This document shows positions 63,480-64,000 of a stretch of 64,000 bases of DNA, piece by piece. The stretch lies in NCBI RefSeq assembly GCF_009914755.1, contig NC_060926.1; one strand, 5' to 3'. The stretch comes from the human T2T-CHM13v2.0 reference genome, Homo sapiens. The notes under the pieces are model-generated. The model was not told where the DNA came from. It saw only the letters and a program-made list of their open reading frames with translations, and ran no database searches. Every line of letters begins with the position of its first letter. The first letter of the stretch is position 1. The position numbers and the translations under genes were made by a program.

Positions 63480-64000
63480 CTAAGAGACAAGACGCTGGGA
63501 GGGTGGGGACGCTGCACTGCGACAAGCCTGGGAGTGTATGCCAGAGGAGGAAGGAGAAGCAGCAGGCAAGGCAAGGCGACAGTCAGCCGCCGCCGCCCCT
63601 CCGGTGCCCTCCCGCCCGGCAGGGGCTCGGCGCTCATTGGCTCCGCCGCTGCGGCGCTGGCCCGCGATTGGCCGGGCGGCGTCGGCTCGGCGGCTCCCCC
63701 ACCCCTCGGCGCTAGTCTCCGCAGCCGCCTGCAAGCGGGCGGGGGCGGGGTGTGAGGCGCTGCGGACGGGGTTGCGGGCTCGGTAGCGGCAGCTTCAGGG
63801 CGCGAGCGCGGGCGGTGCCGACCACTGCAGGTAACAGAGGCGCTGCGAGGGCAGCCGCGGCCCTGTGGAGGTGAGCGAGACGCCGAGGGGGCTCGGGTGC
63901 CCACCGCGGGGCGGGAAGTGCGGCATGGGGCGGTACCGCTCACAGCCAGCCGGCTCCCGCCGCGGCTTCCCACCCCGGGCGGGGTCCCACTTGCCCAAAC
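63480..64000 (+). promoter_or_regulatory. SANBR: CpG island promoter with probable non-coding first exon (donor after 63830); likely KIAA1841/SANBR
   Basis: Very GC/CpG rich; ATTGG at 63636-63640 and 63667-63671; tandem GC boxes 63737-63750; donors CAG|gtaaca (63830/63831) and GAG|gtgagc (63870/63871). Gene name from recalled synteny downstream of PEX13 only. Confidence 0.65.

Noticed and set aside
63458-63998. Overlapping 67-171 aa Arg/Pro/Ala-rich ORFs on both strands
   Set aside because: Expected from stop-codon scarcity in a CpG island; no recognisable domain.

Overview
Repeat-dense primate DNA that I recognise as the human PUS10-PEX13-KIAA1841/SANBR region on chr2p. It holds the 5' part of PUS10 on the minus strand (three coding exons plus a probable non-coding first exon) and the complete 4-exon PEX13 gene on the plus strand (1212-nt CDS, 403 aa, all GT-AG junctions in frame). 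The two genes share a CpG island and their 5' ends appear to overlap. A second CpG island with a probable first exon (KIAA1841/SANBR by synteny) lies at the right edge. Most of the rest is transposon-derived: dozens of Alus, a full-length dead L1PA, a 3'-truncated L1PA flanked by a direct repeat, a near-complete hAT (Cheshire/MER58-type) fossil, MER39/MST/MLT LTRs and MER2/MER82 Tigger elements. Nearly all ORF-track entries are Alu/L1 artefacts. I found no convincing new multi-gene system. The best leads are an apparently internally primed L1 with an open ORF0-like frame pointing into PUS10, the PEX13/PUS10 5' overlap with a candidate poison exon, an inverted-Alu 3'UTR gated by alternative poly(A) signals, and the hAT transposase fossil. 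Repeat family names and most repeat boundaries are from recall and by eye.
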